Shown here: piece by piece, positions 47,329 through 57,320 of the stretch
Layout: each line of letters opens with the position of its first letter
Numbering within the stretch: the first letter of the stretch is position 1
IMG/VR virus record: IMGVR_UViG_3300035156_000206
Coordinates: 227,968 to 291,967 of that record
Length of the DNA stretch: 64,000 nt
Reading direction: 5' to 3' (one strand)
The notes under the pieces: model-generated
Told to the model about the DNA's origin: nothing
The model's database searches: none
Seen by the model: the letters and a program-made list of their open reading frames with translations, nothing else
Program-made: the position numbers and the translations under genes

Positions 47329-47727
47329 TTACGGAACAGGCATCCAATGTCCAATCCACTCGCTTTCGTCCTCTTTGCAATACCATCCCAGCCCAACATT
47401 CCCATCGAAGTCCTTGAAGATAAACTGCTCATTCTCGAGCGGACGACGGACGGGATCTGCGAAAGGTATCCAAGGAGTCCCAGACCAGGCGAACCGAACT
47501 ACCCATGGATTATCCTGGCGTTGTACAAGACCTGCAAGTGCGAATGAGAACTTCATAAGGTCGTGGGTCATGTTTACATCACCAAAGAGGTCTCCAACAC
47601 CATTATCTTTGGCTAGTTCCATAATATGGGCTTCAGTAATCTCCATATTGGTACGACTAAGCTGGGCCAGACGGGCTTTCGCCCAGCTTAGTTCCTGTTT
47701 GAGGCGATCGATCTCACTTGTTTCCAT
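47329..47727 (-). CDS. hypothetical protein (DUF551-like C-terminus possible)
   Basis: PWIPF...IGHWMPVP. Confidence 0.65.
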   Translation of the reverse strand: METSEIDRLKQELSWAKARLAQLSRTNMEITEAHIMELAKDNGVGDLFGDVNMTHDLMKFSFALAGLVQRQDNPWVVRFAWSGTPWIPFADPVRRPLENEQFIFKDFDGNVGLGWYCKEDESEWIGHWMPVP

Positions 47728-47728
47728 C

Positions 47729-48316
47729 TTACGATTCCATTTCCTTGTTCCAAAGTTCCAACATACAGAACATCGCTGCCACTACACCCAGGCCAATAGC
47801 CCAAGGTACCACGAAGTACGACGCCGCCAGGTAAAACACCACTCCGACGATTGCTGATGCTACCAGCTTATCGAACATTGTGTCCACCGCGAACCCAACA
47901 GCAAACTCGTAACTTGAGTCATCGTCGTCCTCGTCGAATTCATCCCACTCACTTTGTACCGTATCGTGGCGCTCCATGGCATGATGCAATTTGATTGCCT
48001 CATCGATTGTGAGGCACCAAGTTCGGTAATCCGTGTCTTCAATTTCGGACAGAACCTCACCATCATCGATGTTTGCGATGAATTTCAGTCGCTCTGTGTC
48101 CTTGTTGTTGGCCGATTCTTTGCTGAGAGCAGCGTACTTAACCAACAGGTTAAAGTATTCTGTTTCCCAATTCACACCCGGCACAGCTGCGACTACCTCA
48201 TCTAGTGCGGATACTGGCTCATTAGCGGGTGTAACAAAGACATCCCCATTCGTCGCATCCACAACCGTCATCACGTCCATCACGGGCTCCAACTTTCTTA
48301 ACACCACTTGTTCCAT
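47729..48316 (-). CDS. hypothetical protein with C-terminal TM helices
   Basis: GGAG RBS. Confidence 0.7.
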   Translation of the reverse strand: MEQVVLRKLEPVMDVMTVVDATNGDVFVTPANEPVSALDEVVAAVPGVNWETEYFNLLVKYAALSKESANNKDTERLKFIANIDDGEVLSEIEDTDYRTWCLTIDEAIKLHHAMERHDTVQSEWDEFDEDDDDSSYEFAVGFAVDTMFDKLVASAIVGVVFYLAASYFVVPWAIGLGVVAAMFCMLELWNKEMES

Positions 48317-48476
48317 TGTCGTTCTCCAATTCTGCAATTTTTGTTTCCGCCGTGATGAGCCGTGTAATCAGGCTTGCAACGACGGCGGGATTAACCGTTG
48401 CAATCCACTCTGCTACATTTGATTCTACAACCATGTTTTCATCAGCACAAAGTTGTGCTAGGAAGGCATCTGTGAT
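48222..48476 (-). CDS. Ead/Ea22-like protein
   Basis: WIATVNPAVVASLITRL motif; long overlap with the next gene. Confidence 0.5.
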   Translation of the reverse strand: MTDAFLAQLCADENMVVESNVAEWIATVNPAVVASLITRLITAETKIAELENDNGTSGVKKVGARDGRDDGCGCDEWGCLCYTR

Positions 48477-48718
48477 CATAATGCTACCACCTTGGAGCAC
48501 TTACGCTGCAGCATACAGAATTTCTCTGCTTCTGGTGAAAAACACATACAATTGGGAAGTGGAACGTACGCCTCAGGCGCCGGTTTAAAGTTCAGCAGAG
48601 CACGAGCAAACTCGTACACATACGGGTTCAGTTCTAGAGTGCCGTTCGGTTGCTCTTTCAGCTTGAATCCGTTGTCCAGGGCTAGTTCCTGGATTTGTTC
48701 GTTTGTGATGGTGATCAT
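48476..48718 (-). CDS. hypothetical protein
   Basis: IQELALDNGFKLKEQPNGTLELNPYVYEFARAL. Confidence 0.75.
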   Translation of the reverse strand: MITITNEQIQELALDNGFKLKEQPNGTLELNPYVYEFARALLNFKPAPEAYVPLPNCMCFSPEAEKFCMLQRKCSKVVAL

Positions 48719-48810
48719 GTTTTCTAAGGAGTGTTCGCAACAGAAACATATTATATAGGAACTTGAACGAATGACAACAGATAAAAAGAAAGGACCCGAA
48801 GGTCCTGTAT

Positions 48811-49146
48811 TTATTTGGTTGTGAAGCGGGGTCTTGGAATATCGTGTTGGAAGCGTTGACCTTCCATTTCCGGCTCCAGATGCGCATACTTTGGACTTAC
48901 CAAATCTGTAGGAACAATAATGAACTGTCCAACAAACTTTGCTACCTTCTGTCGTGCATCCTCAATGTCAGTCCACTTCCGTTTGTAAGTATACCAACCA
49001 GACCCACCATATTCGCTGTCCGAGTCGTTGATGTAGAACTCCATCACACCATTGTGGACACGCATATCTGCCGCATCTGGATTGAGCATCAACTCATATG
49101 CCCAATCCATTGCCTTGCCGCTTAGTTCATCAGGCGTCAGGATCAT
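48811..49146 (-). CDS. hypothetical protein
   Basis: ELSGKAMDWA motif. Confidence 0.65.
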   Translation of the reverse strand: MILTPDELSGKAMDWAYELMLNPDAADMRVHNGVMEFYINDSDSEYGGSGWYTYKRKWTDIEDARQKVAKFVGQFIIVPTDLVSPKYAHLEPEMEGQRFQHDIPRPRFTTK

Positions 49147-49870
49147 ATGTGAGCTCTGTAGCTGGATCACCCAATGTATCGATCTGAAACTGACGCTCAC
49201 GGAGAACATCAATGCCAGTGCGTTGTGCGAGATTGGTCACAAACGATTCGATGTCTGTCTTGGCTTGCTCAGTAGTCTTTTCCATTGCCTCAGCAAACTG
49301 TGATTGCGTGAATGCCATGTTGGAAGGCAGGTTGCGCTCAAATACATCCAGCTGGCCAACGATCTCTTTGAGTTGCGTCTTGGTAGCCTTGCCAGCATCG
49401 GCCATTTCAGATACCTTGGCTTTCAATGCACCGATTTCAGCCACATACTCTTTGCAGCGGCGGCGGATCTCACGCTCAAACGTCTGCTTCATCGTCTCCG
49501 TGTGGGCAATGCCCGGCACCATTGCGATTTTGTAGTCCCCCGTTGGCTTATACCGGAAGGTGATTGGAGTACCTCGACCCATTCCCGAAGCAACAAACGA
49601 TGCCCACTGTGCTTCACTCATCATGAACTCACAGAGCACATTGCGCTCGCGCACCCAATTCATATTGAGTCCACGATCCATATCTGCGGAGCAGATCTTG
49701 ACGCTAACGAAATCATTGTGGCCAACCGCCGAGTCAAACAGCTTTACGCCTTTGCCTCCAGCTGCTGGGCGAGTAACACTGATTTGACCAAACGCGGGGT
49801 GGCTGTAGGTCTCTTGATCGTCACGCCGACCTGTGGTGACGGTTGGTTCTTCTGTTGTGTATTCTGACAC
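49130..49870 (-). CDS. conserved phage hypothetical protein
   Basis: SHPAFGQI...LFDSAV...MSEAQWASFVAS; GTG start with AGGAG RBS. Confidence 0.8.
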   Translation of the reverse strand: MSEYTTEEPTVTTGRRDDQETYSHPAFGQISVTRPAAGGKGVKLFDSAVGHNDFVSVKICSADMDRGLNMNWVRERNVLCEFMMSEAQWASFVASGMGRGTPITFRYKPTGDYKIAMVPGIAHTETMKQTFEREIRRRCKEYVAEIGALKAKVSEMADAGKATKTQLKEIVGQLDVFERNLPSNMAFTQSQFAEAMEKTTEQAKTDIESFVTNLAQRTGIDVLRERQFQIDTLGDPATELTYDPDA

Positions 49871-49927
49871 GATGGCTCCTATCAATTCAATAGGAACATC
49901 ATAGCACAAGTTGAACAACAAGACAAC

Positions 49928-50239
49928 TTATTTGTGCGTACGCAACATCATCTGGACTATTTGAAGTGGGTAGTCCGCTTCTGGTGGTTTTCCTGTGCGA
50001 AGCATTACAAGGGAAGCAAAGGTGGACCACGCAAAGGTGTCTACTTCCCTGCAATTTGCATTAGAACCCATGATTACCAGCAACTCAGCGACCGTCATAT
50101 CGTACTGGTATCGTAGATTCTCCAAGCCATCAGGTTGCATCGCATATGTAGCTTTCTGGAGCTTTTCTGATAGTACTTGTTGCTGTCGCTGTAATTCGAC
50201 AACCTGCTTGTTGCAATCTGGTATAGCAAAGTGTTCCAT
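49928..50239 (-). CDS. hypothetical protein
   Basis: Behind a promoter. Confidence 0.7.
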   Translation of the reverse strand: MEHFAIPDCNKQVVELQRQQQVLSEKLQKATYAMQPDGLENLRYQYDMTVAELLVIMGSNANCREVDTFAWSTFASLVMLRTGKPPEADYPLQIVQMMLRTHK

Positions 50240-50409
50240 ATGTTCCCTTCGTCAGTGTATTGGGGCATCAATATAAGCTATTGATTATACTCGGAAACAT
50301 AAAATTTTGACAACGAAAGTCAGTCGTGAGACCAGACCTTTACCTCAATGAAGATTCTCGTGGACGTAAAAAAAGCACCCGAAGGTGCTTTTCAAGGGCG
50401 GGTGGCTAT

Positions 50410-50736
50410 TTAGCCCCATTCAGTACTTACATATTGCATCTGGGTACGAAGGTGAGCCTTGAACTTGTCGTCGCAATCCAATTTACTGATATGCCCTACC
50501 ATTTGCTCTTTAGCTGCCTTACGCTTTGTGTAGCGTTCAACCTCAGCTTGGAGATTAGGGCAAGGGCGCTCGATTGCAATACGACGAAAGTTGGGACTAT
50601 AATGCAACTTCATGCCACAACCAAACCGGCGAGTCTCGTTGTACTCGCCACTGCAGTGTTGAGAGTCCCGGGTCTCAGCAACTATCTGGGCACCACAACA
50701 ATCACAGACTTCTTGGTGGATATTATCGAGTTTCAT
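50410..50736 (-). CDS. Cys-rich hypothetical protein
   Basis: CDCCGA...QHCSG...FGCG. Confidence 0.7.
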   Translation of the reverse strand: MKLDNIHQEVCDCCGAQIVAETRDSQHCSGEYNETRRFGCGMKLHYSPNFRRIAIERPCPNLQAEVERYTKRKAAKEQMVGHISKLDCDDKFKAHLRTQMQYVSTEWG

Positions 50737-51033
50737 CTAGGTCAGCTTTTCAAAACCATGGCTACCGATCATCATCAGCTTGCCGTCTGTACGGAGAACA
50801 TCACCGATCCCTGTGGGCCGACAGCTCTCTACCTCTACTGGGACAATCAATCCAGGGTTACGCACCCAGTTGTCATCCGATGATGTGCGCACGACTGCAT
50901 CCACCATATTTGTGGTATCCACGCGGGCCACCAAATGGTAACCACCACGCAGAAGAAGAGCACGAGCACCATCACGGTCAATCATGTGGCCATAGTGGGC
51001 AAGTGCAGGGTGAAGTTGGAGGACTTCAATCAT
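50737..51033 (-). CDS. hypothetical protein
   Basis: AGGAG RBS. Confidence 0.7.
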   Translation of the reverse strand: MIEVLQLHPALAHYGHMIDRDGARALLLRGGYHLVARVDTTNMVDAVVRTSSDDNWVRNPGLIVPVEVESCRPTGIGDVLRTDGKLMMIGSHGFEKLT

Positions 51034-51198
51034 CGTGGGCTCCTTTTGTTTTTGTCAGTACGGATATTATACTGGATTCAACAAATTTGTCAACGGGAAA
51101 TATACGCCCTGTTTTCCAAATATCGCTCTCTTCTTACTCTCTATCGAAAACGTTTTGGAAATCGATTATCCCGCGTTTAATTGCGGGATAAATGTGGT

Positions 51199-51693
51199 TT
51201 ACTTCGATTTGTCAACACTCATTTTGCGGGTGACCTCTGCATCAGGAGCAAAGCGCTGGTACAACTCGAACTTTTGCTTGCTGACCTTGATGAGGTTGCC
51301 TGAGGCTTCAGCCAACATTGTCTTGTACTTTGGCACCTGGCGGATCTGCTGTTCAGTCATCCGCGTCTCTGCCATCAAACGACGAAGCATTTTAGCTTCC
51401 GTTTTGTTGGCGACGTGTGGGCGCTTCGTCAATTCAGCCTTGATGGAATCCATCGAGCCCTCGTAGATGCGACTGGTGCTAGAGGTCTCCGGACGATACC
51501 AGCAGGTAGTTTCCGAGTAGCTATTGCGGAGATCGTCCACCATAGCCAGGAGAACCCGGGTAGGCAGCTCCGATATTGACCCGCGCGAATGGCGAGGTGC
51601 TGGAGGATTGAGTTCTGCCTTGGTCTTGCCAGCGTTAATGGCACGATCCATCTCGGCGATTTCTTCGGGCGTGTTTTCGTATTCGTGTTCCAT
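51199..51693 (-). CDS. hypothetical protein
   Basis: AAGGA RBS. Confidence 0.75.
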   Translation of the reverse strand: MEHEYENTPEEIAEMDRAINAGKTKAELNPPAPRHSRGSISELPTRVLLAMVDDLRNSYSETTCWYRPETSSTSRIYEGSMDSIKAELTKRPHVANKTEAKMLRRLMAETRMTEQQIRQVPKYKTMLAEASGNLIKVSKQKFELYQRFAPDAEVTRKMSVDKSK

Positions 51694-51701
51694 ATTTTCC
51701 T

Positions 51702-52187
51702 TTATTGTTGTGGATCGTACTTACGGAAGATGCTCACGACGTGCTGCATGTCACTGCGCACCCCATCTAATTGGTTCGACAGTTGGTTCGTGTACTGATC
51801 ACGTTTGGCCAATTCAGCCGCGTGTTCCTTGGTCAGAAGAGATGCAGCCATTAACGCTCCCTTCAACACTTCATCCTTGTGGTCGGATTCAACATATCCC
51901 ACCATATTCTTGATGCGCTTAGTGACCATTTCAGCAGTCGAAGGTGGTGCTGGTTCGTACGGGCATCCTTGATCAGGGTACGGACCACGGTGGAGCTGGG
52001 TGCCTGCACCTCGCCAAGGATATGGCACTTTGTTGGCAGGGTCTTTGTTTTGTGCATCTTGACCTGCACAATAGAAGTAATGGAAATCATGGATCCCCAA
52101 ATGCTTACAACCAGTGCACATTAGAATGGGATGGTCAAGATTACCATCTTGGTCTGTGAGGATTGGACCGCTGTTGTTTCCCCGCAT
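51702..52187 (-). CDS. hypothetical protein with Cys motifs
   Basis: AGGAG RBS. Confidence 0.7.
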   Translation of the reverse strand: MRGNNSGPILTDQDGNLDHPILMCTGCKHLGIHDFHYFYCAGQDAQNKDPANKVPYPWRGAGTQLHRGPYPDQGCPYEPAPPSTAEMVTKRIKNMVGYVESDHKDEVLKGALMAASLLTKEHAAELAKRDQYTNQLSNQLDGVRSDMQHVVSIFRKYDPQQ

Positions 52188-52246
52188 GATATCTCCTGTT
52201 TAGAGAGATTATCATAACGGAACCTTGACAAAAATGTCAACGAGGT

Positions 52247-53080
52247 TTAATAAACATCATTCTCGTACAGCTTCTTGCAGTTGGCATAGTAGGTAGCGGC
52301 GCCAGCGGATGTGCAGCCACACTCATTAACAAAGATGTTGATGAACATGTTGCGATCGTAATCTGGTTGGCCAACATAAGCCAGGTACCAACTCCAGCAA
52401 GCCGCCATTTTGGTGCCTTGCTTGGGCGCCTTCATCTTGAGCTTGAACTTGGCTTCTGGGCCCTTTTCCCGAGTCCCAGCAGCCACTTCTTTGGCCTGCA
52501 CATAGTTAACACGACCGAGTTCTTGTTTAAACTTCAACAGCATCTCTTCGTATATTGGCTCAACCAGTCCACATGCGGTGCAATAGAATCGTGGCCTGAC
52601 TTGTTGGTTAGAATGGGCCTTTGGCCCGAATACGTGAGACTTCTGGCAATTTGGGCAGATGTACTCGTACTTTGTCTTTGGCTTGTGTGTTTGGGAGGTA
52701 TCGTATTCGTGACAGCGCGATGGTTCAACACCAAGTACAGCCATCACTTCCATCCAGCGCGCACCATGGATGATTCGCTTGGGCTCTTTCTTTGGTCTTC
52801 TGGGAGTATATTCTTGGCCGTAGATCTTATCGGTGGCAAGATGTGCCAGCTCATGGGGGACTGTACGAGCAATGTAGTCTTCCACATGCTGTACCAGTAG
52901 CGCACCATTGAAGCTGATTTGGTTGGTGTACGAATTAGCCCACCCGCCAACCCTGCCCGTCAAGTTGAAGTCAACGGTGGGTTCATTAAGGACAACCCCG
53001 TAATGGGTGTGGATCTTACGCATACATTCACGCAATTTGGCCCACACCCGGGACTGCAAAGCTTCGTTCACTGTTGTCAT
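52247..53080 (-). CDS. SprT-like zinc metalloprotease with C-terminal helical module
   Basis: TVPHELAHL, HGARW, RCH, YICPNC...YCTACG. Confidence 0.9.
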   Translation of the reverse strand: MTTVNEALQSRVWAKLRECMRKIHTHYGVVLNEPTVDFNLTGRVGGWANSYTNQISFNGALLVQHVEDYIARTVPHELAHLATDKIYGQEYTPRRPKKEPKRIIHGARWMEVMAVLGVEPSRCHEYDTSQTHKPKTKYEYICPNCQKSHVFGPKAHSNQQVRPRFYCTACGLVEPIYEEMLLKFKQELGRVNYVQAKEVAAGTREKGPEAKFKLKMKAPKQGTKMAACWSWYLAYVGQPDYDRNMFINIFVNECGCTSAGAATYYANCKKLYENDVY

Positions 53081-53142
53081 CTCATCACCATTTCGTCAGT
53101 TGATGAGACTATTATAGCGATTATTTTCCGAAAGTCAACAGT

Positions 53143-53493
53143 TTAATCCCCGAACTCGTAATCAAAGTCGGCATTCTTGGCCACAGCCCGCATGTTCTCG
53201 ATTGCAGCCATGAATTCTGCTTCTGTCTTAGGCATTGGCACATCCATCACGTGGCTACGGGCCCAGCGATCAAAATGTTTGTTGCTGAGGGACACAGAAA
53301 ATTGGTTGTAACAGTTGACACGCCACCGGCGGCCAAGACCAATCAATGAGAACCAGCCCCACGACGGCCTGACAAACCGACACTCGCCTTTGTGGCCTTC
53401 GGGTTTCAGCCCTGCCTTGCGGCACCAGTGACGCCACTGCTTAGGCAGCAGGACATCACCTTCTTCTACCTTCTTTTTGACAAAAGTCGCCAT
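53143..53493 (-). CDS. hypothetical protein
   Basis: ORF track. Confidence 0.7.
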   Translation of the reverse strand: MATFVKKKVEEGDVLLPKQWRHWCRKAGLKPEGHKGECRFVRPSWGWFSLIGLGRRWRVNCYNQFSVSLSNKHFDRWARSHVMDVPMPKTEAEFMAAIENMRAVAKNADFDYEFGD

Positions 53494-53495
53494 GA

Positions 53496-53996
53496 TTACG
53501 AACGACGGATCCGGCCTTTGCTGGCCTTTGGTCCCATAAAGCAGCCCGAAGTCGATTCAGCAATCTGATCCTTCGCGCCATCACTGATCTTGGACAGGCG
53601 CTTGTGATCGATAATTGTGCTTTCTGGGAACGCGCCGTTGTCGGTGGTGGTTGGTGTCACAGCGAACTGCACGCAACCCTGCAAGCTTTCCAACTTCATG
53701 GTGGCGACGCCATTGAAGCCAGTGATGATGTCCTCTGCGTGGTCGCCGAGCTCGATGCTGATGACGGGATCTTGTGGATGCACCTTGTCAGCAATGCCAT
53801 CACTGACGAAGTCCACTTGGCAGGCATCGACAGCAATGTCTTTAGGGCAGACGGTGCCATTATCGGTTGCGGGAGGTTGGATGCATACGTGGACGGTGCC
53901 GCCCAGATAGGTAGCAAACATCACAGCCATACCAGTGAAGCCGGTGCTCTGGCATTTTACGATGTTGCCCAAACGGATGTGTGTCGGTGTAGTCAT
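53496..53996 (-). CDS. hypothetical protein with internal duplication
   Basis: IRLGNIVKCQSTGFTG repeated as IELGDHAEDIITGFNG. Confidence 0.75.
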   Translation of the reverse strand: MTTPTHIRLGNIVKCQSTGFTGMAVMFATYLGGTVHVCIQPPATDNGTVCPKDIAVDACQVDFVSDGIADKVHPQDPVISIELGDHAEDIITGFNGVATMKLESLQGCVQFAVTPTTTDNGAFPESTIIDHKRLSKISDGAKDQIAESTSGCFMGPKASKGRIRRS

Positions 53997-54022
53997 AATG
54001 ATCTCCCTGTGAAAGTAAGATC

Positions 54023-54051
54023 ATTATACTGAACATACTCTATAAAGTCAA
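54023..54051 (-). promoter_or_regulatory. sigma70 promoter TTGACT-N17-TATAAT
   Basis: Direct reading. Confidence 0.85.
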
Positions 54052-54100
54052 CAAATATTTCAACTGGGCACAAAAAAGGGGCCAGATGGCCCCTTTGGTG

Positions 54101-54346
54101 TTACTCTTCACCACCCGACTGAAACTCTTGGAAGAACTGGAACAGTGCCTGGACTTCGTTTTCATCTAGGGTAAGCTCGTCTTGCCCTTCCACTTGAGCC
54201 GTCATTTCCTTGGTGCTGTTGTTTGCTACGTACAACACAGGACCAATCTGCAGTCTGGTTATCCGTTGAATCAACTCCCCCTCCTGCATTTGTCCATTGC
54301 CTTGACCTTGTTGCTCCTGTCCTTGATCTTGCTTAGCCATGCTCAT
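54101..54346 (-). CDS. hypothetical protein
   Basis: GAGGAG RBS. Confidence 0.7.
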   Translation of the reverse strand: MSMAKQDQGQEQQGQGNGQMQEGELIQRITRLQIGPVLYVANNSTKEMTAQVEGQDELTLDENEVQALFQFFQEFQSGGEE

Positions 54347-54440
54347 CTCCTCAAAAGGTTAATCAACCATCGGTACGCTGGGCACCGATAATTAATTATA
54401 AAGCAATTTTGCGAAAAAGAAAATGGCTTTTTGGGACGGG

Positions 54441-54806
54441 TTATCCCAGTAGGCTGGTAAACTCGATTGGCAGGTCAACGTTTTCGGGGGGATCAGCAAA
54501 CATCCAAGCAATATCTTCTGGCTTGTAACCAGCAAGGCCACATCCTATAGGAGTTACTTGGAATTGGAGATCAGGGTTGTTTAGAGCAAAGATGTAGAAC
54601 TTGAGGACACCAATGTAAATGGTATCCGGGGACAATGTTTGTAGGGATCGATTCTTGGTAGGTATTGCATAACTTTGCCCTTGCAGCCCACTGGGACGCC
54701 CCTGAATCGCTCCCCGGTAACGCTTAGCAAACAGGGCAGCACCTTTTCCGTGCCTCCCTGCTAAGTTGCTACCAAAGACGAAGACCCTGTGATCAGGCGC
54801 TGGCAT
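54441..54806 (-). CDS. macrodomain-related phage protein (FVFGSN family)
   Basis: RVFVFGSNLAGRHGKGAA, SYAIPT, VTPIGCGLAG. Confidence 0.8.
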   Translation of the reverse strand: MPAPDHRVFVFGSNLAGRHGKGAALFAKRYRGAIQGRPSGLQGQSYAIPTKNRSLQTLSPDTIYIGVLKFYIFALNNPDLQFQVTPIGCGLAGYKPEDIAWMFADPPENVDLPIEFTSLLG

Positions 54807-55368
54807 CGGGCTTTTGCACCGGGAGACGTTTCATCACGAAACAGATATCATCTTCGTACCATCCGTGTACGAAGATGATATCCTTTAGGTCTGGGCGAAG
54901 TGCGCTGATTTTGTCGAACAGCTTTTGAGTACCAGCATAGATCAGTACAGGCTGTTGAATTTCCAGCAGTGCCTTAATCTTGCGGGCATCCGTTACGAGG
55001 ATCGAATGCTGAGTCCAGAATACGGCCGGAATATCTGGGTCGTCTGTTGCAATGCGTTCACCTGCCAGTGTCTCGAGGTAGTGGTCTTCCCACTCATTCC
55101 CAAACTTCAGGTTCGCATCCTGGAACTGCTTGAATTGTTTCTCGCCCATATTGGCCTCTTTGTATTCAGCATACTTGGTTTTTGCGCGGTACGGCAAGCA
55201 GCTTGCCCCGTTGCTATTGCGGATGAAGGTGAGGTGGCCCGTGATTTGCTCCAGGTCTTCTAACACCTCTGCGACATTTGGGCGAGTTGGCAGGATTTGA
55301 ATGCTGCGGAACTTGTGGCACCCTTTGATAACTACACCAGTATAACTGGTTGATTCATTCCACTGCAT
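54793..55368 (-). CDS. hypothetical protein
   Basis: AAGGAG RBS. Confidence 0.75.
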   Translation of the reverse strand: MQWNESTSYTGVVIKGCHKFRSIQILPTRPNVAEVLEDLEQITGHLTFIRNSNGASCLPYRAKTKYAEYKEANMGEKQFKQFQDANLKFGNEWEDHYLETLAGERIATDDPDIPAVFWTQHSILVTDARKIKALLEIQQPVLIYAGTQKLFDKISALRPDLKDIIFVHGWYEDDICFVMKRLPVQKPDASA

Positions 55369-55402
55369 AACTGCTCCTTAAAACATTACTTTACAGCAAG
55401 TA

Positions 55403-55810
55403 TCACGTAGCAGACAACTCTTCAATTACTGGCCAATGGCTTCCCAATTGTTCTTTTGTGATCTCTGCCCAGCTATCAGCAAGTGCCATATAGGCTTTGT
55501 CGTTGTGGAAGAAGATATCACCAATGGAGGATCCCCTTGGTTTGCATTCAAGGTACCCCGGGCGTTCCCAGTACTGGGCGACCACATTGATGTTATCCAT
55601 CCACCAATCGTAGGTGGAGTGAGTGGTGTCTTCGTAGGCTTGGTTAAGCTCTACTTCGTGGTCTGCTGGCTCATCCTCGCAAGCAATGGCCGCCGTGTGG
55701 ATATAAAGGCCCATTTTGAACCACTTGATGCCCCACTCAACGTGGCCTTCTTCTCGATGCATACCTATCCAAGCAGCACCATTAGCATGAAACACGTGGA
55801 CGATTGACAT
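55403..55810 (-). CDS. hypothetical protein
   Basis: PRGSSIGDIF motif. Confidence 0.7.
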   Translation of the reverse strand: MSIVHVFHANGAAWIGMHREEGHVEWGIKWFKMGLYIHTAAIACEDEPADHEVELNQAYEDTTHSTYDWWMDNINVVAQYWERPGYLECKPRGSSIGDIFFHNDKAYMALADSWAEITKEQLGSHWPVIEELSAT

Positions 55811-55869
55811 TTTTGACTCCCAATTATGGATAGAAGTATTATCTCCCATCCATAACAAAAAGTCAACGG

Positions 55870-56352
55870 CTACTTCAGGTAGCGATCAAGAAACTCTTGA
55901 CGATCGTAGACACGAATCTCTGCATTCTTGGCACCACCCTTTTCAGGGTCAATAACGCCCATCAGCATGCCATGTGTGAACAGTACGAGGTTCCAGTGAT
56001 GGCTCTTAACCAACGACCGTACTCGTTCTACCACTGATTCACGTGATTCGTCTGGCTTGCTTCGTGCACAATGGTATACTTCATTGATGCGGTGATCGAT
56101 AATGATCTGTGGACTTGTCTTGGACATCACGATCTGGGCAGTCAATTGCGCCCGTTGGTAGCGGGAAGCGATGACCGTTGTATGCAGACCATGAAAATCA
56201 TTAGGCAAATATGTGTGGATTTCTTGGGAAAGAGCCACACATTGATCCACACCCTTTTGGCTCAAGATGTTGGCAACATCAGGAAGCTGGTAATATGCTT
56301 CGTCTGTGTTGCCAAGACTTTCGCCATGACGGATAAGGATCACTTTGCTCAT
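55870..56352 (-). CDS. histidine phosphatase (PGM family)
   Basis: ILIRHGES, SRYQRAQLTA, LFTHG. Confidence 0.9.
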   Translation of the reverse strand: MSKVILIRHGESLGNTDEAYYQLPDVANILSQKGVDQCVALSQEIHTYLPNDFHGLHTTVIASRYQRAQLTAQIVMSKTSPQIIIDHRINEVYHCARSKPDESRESVVERVRSLVKSHHWNLVLFTHGMLMGVIDPEKGGAKNAEIRVYDRQEFLDRYLK

Positions 56353-56762
56353 GCTGCGTGAGCCACCACATAGAAGTTTGCCAAGATGGCAGCAATTTGC
56401 TCCTGGCTGATGCTGGTGGTCATTCCGATCACGGCGATGCGGTCTTTCAGTGCGTTATTGACACTGAGGTGCACACGTACGCGCTGTTCGCCAGTCTTTT
56501 CCCACAATCGGATCAGGCGGACGCGAACTTCCGATACACTTTCGGAGTCGATCTGCGATTCGATCACGTCACACGTCTCTGCCAACATAGCAACGGTAAA
56601 AGATGCAGCTTTACTGCGTGGCACCATGATGTAGATGCTGTGCTTTACTTCTTCCACTGGCTTCTCACCATCCATGATGCGTGCGAACCCTTCATTGAAG
56701 TTCTTGTTGTTAGCGCGACTTACGAGCCGTGCGCCCGTAACGTCATTCCATGCTGTTGCCAT
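56349..56762 (-). CDS. hypothetical protein
   Basis: Coupled ORF. Confidence 0.7.
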   Translation of the reverse strand: MATAWNDVTGARLVSRANNKNFNEGFARIMDGEKPVEEVKHSIYIMVPRSKAASFTVAMLAETCDVIESQIDSESVSEVRVRLIRLWEKTGEQRVRVHLSVNNALKDRIAVIGMTTSISQEQIAAILANFYVVAHAA

Positions 56763-57043
56763 TAGTCGTTCCTTTTCTTTGCGGCTGCAATTGCCAGTTT
56801 GAGAGTTTCCACTCGTTCTGGATCACCCTTTTCCCACCATTGCTGAAGAGTCTTGTACTGTTCAAGAACTCGTTCTGGTTTAAAGGTCATCCAGAGGGAC
56901 AGCGCTTTGCTTTTGATGTCCTCTTTCTCTGCCCACCGCATCGTAGTTTCTACGTCTTGAATGGCAGCACATACGAATGTCTGTGCTCCATTTTCTATCA
57001 GAACAAGTGCTTCTGACAACACCAATGATGACTTTACTTTCAT
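56762..57043 (-). CDS. hypothetical protein
   Basis: Start trimmed to MKVKS. Confidence 0.6.
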   Translation of the reverse strand: MKVKSSLVLSEALVLIENGAQTFVCAAIQDVETTMRWAEKEDIKSKALSLWMTFKPERVLEQYKTLQQWWEKGDPERVETLKLAIAAAKKRND

Positions 57044-57044
57044 G

Positions 57045-57320
57045 TTAGGAGCACCAATCTTTGTGGATGACGACCATAGCTTCTTCATGGTGCCAGACAG
57101 CACGCTGACCCTTTTCGTCAATGTCCCATGCCAGATCTTCCCGAAAACCCCACTTGTCTTGAAACTTTTCAAGATCAGCAATAGCTGTGTGGATATCGGT
57201 GCAGTTCAGCTCGGTAGTGCTTATCGATTGGGCTGCATCTGGACCAAGTTCGATCATCACTACTTGGTACATAATTGGTACAAAAACTTCTCGTTTGGTA
57301 AAGCCAGCTGGTGTAATCAT
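57045..57320 (-). CDS. hypothetical protein
   Basis: ORF track. Confidence 0.55.
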   Translation of the reverse strand: MITPAGFTKREVFVPIMYQVVMIELGPDAAQSISTTELNCTDIHTAIADLEKFQDKWGFREDLAWDIDEKGQRAVWHHEEAMVVIHKDWCS

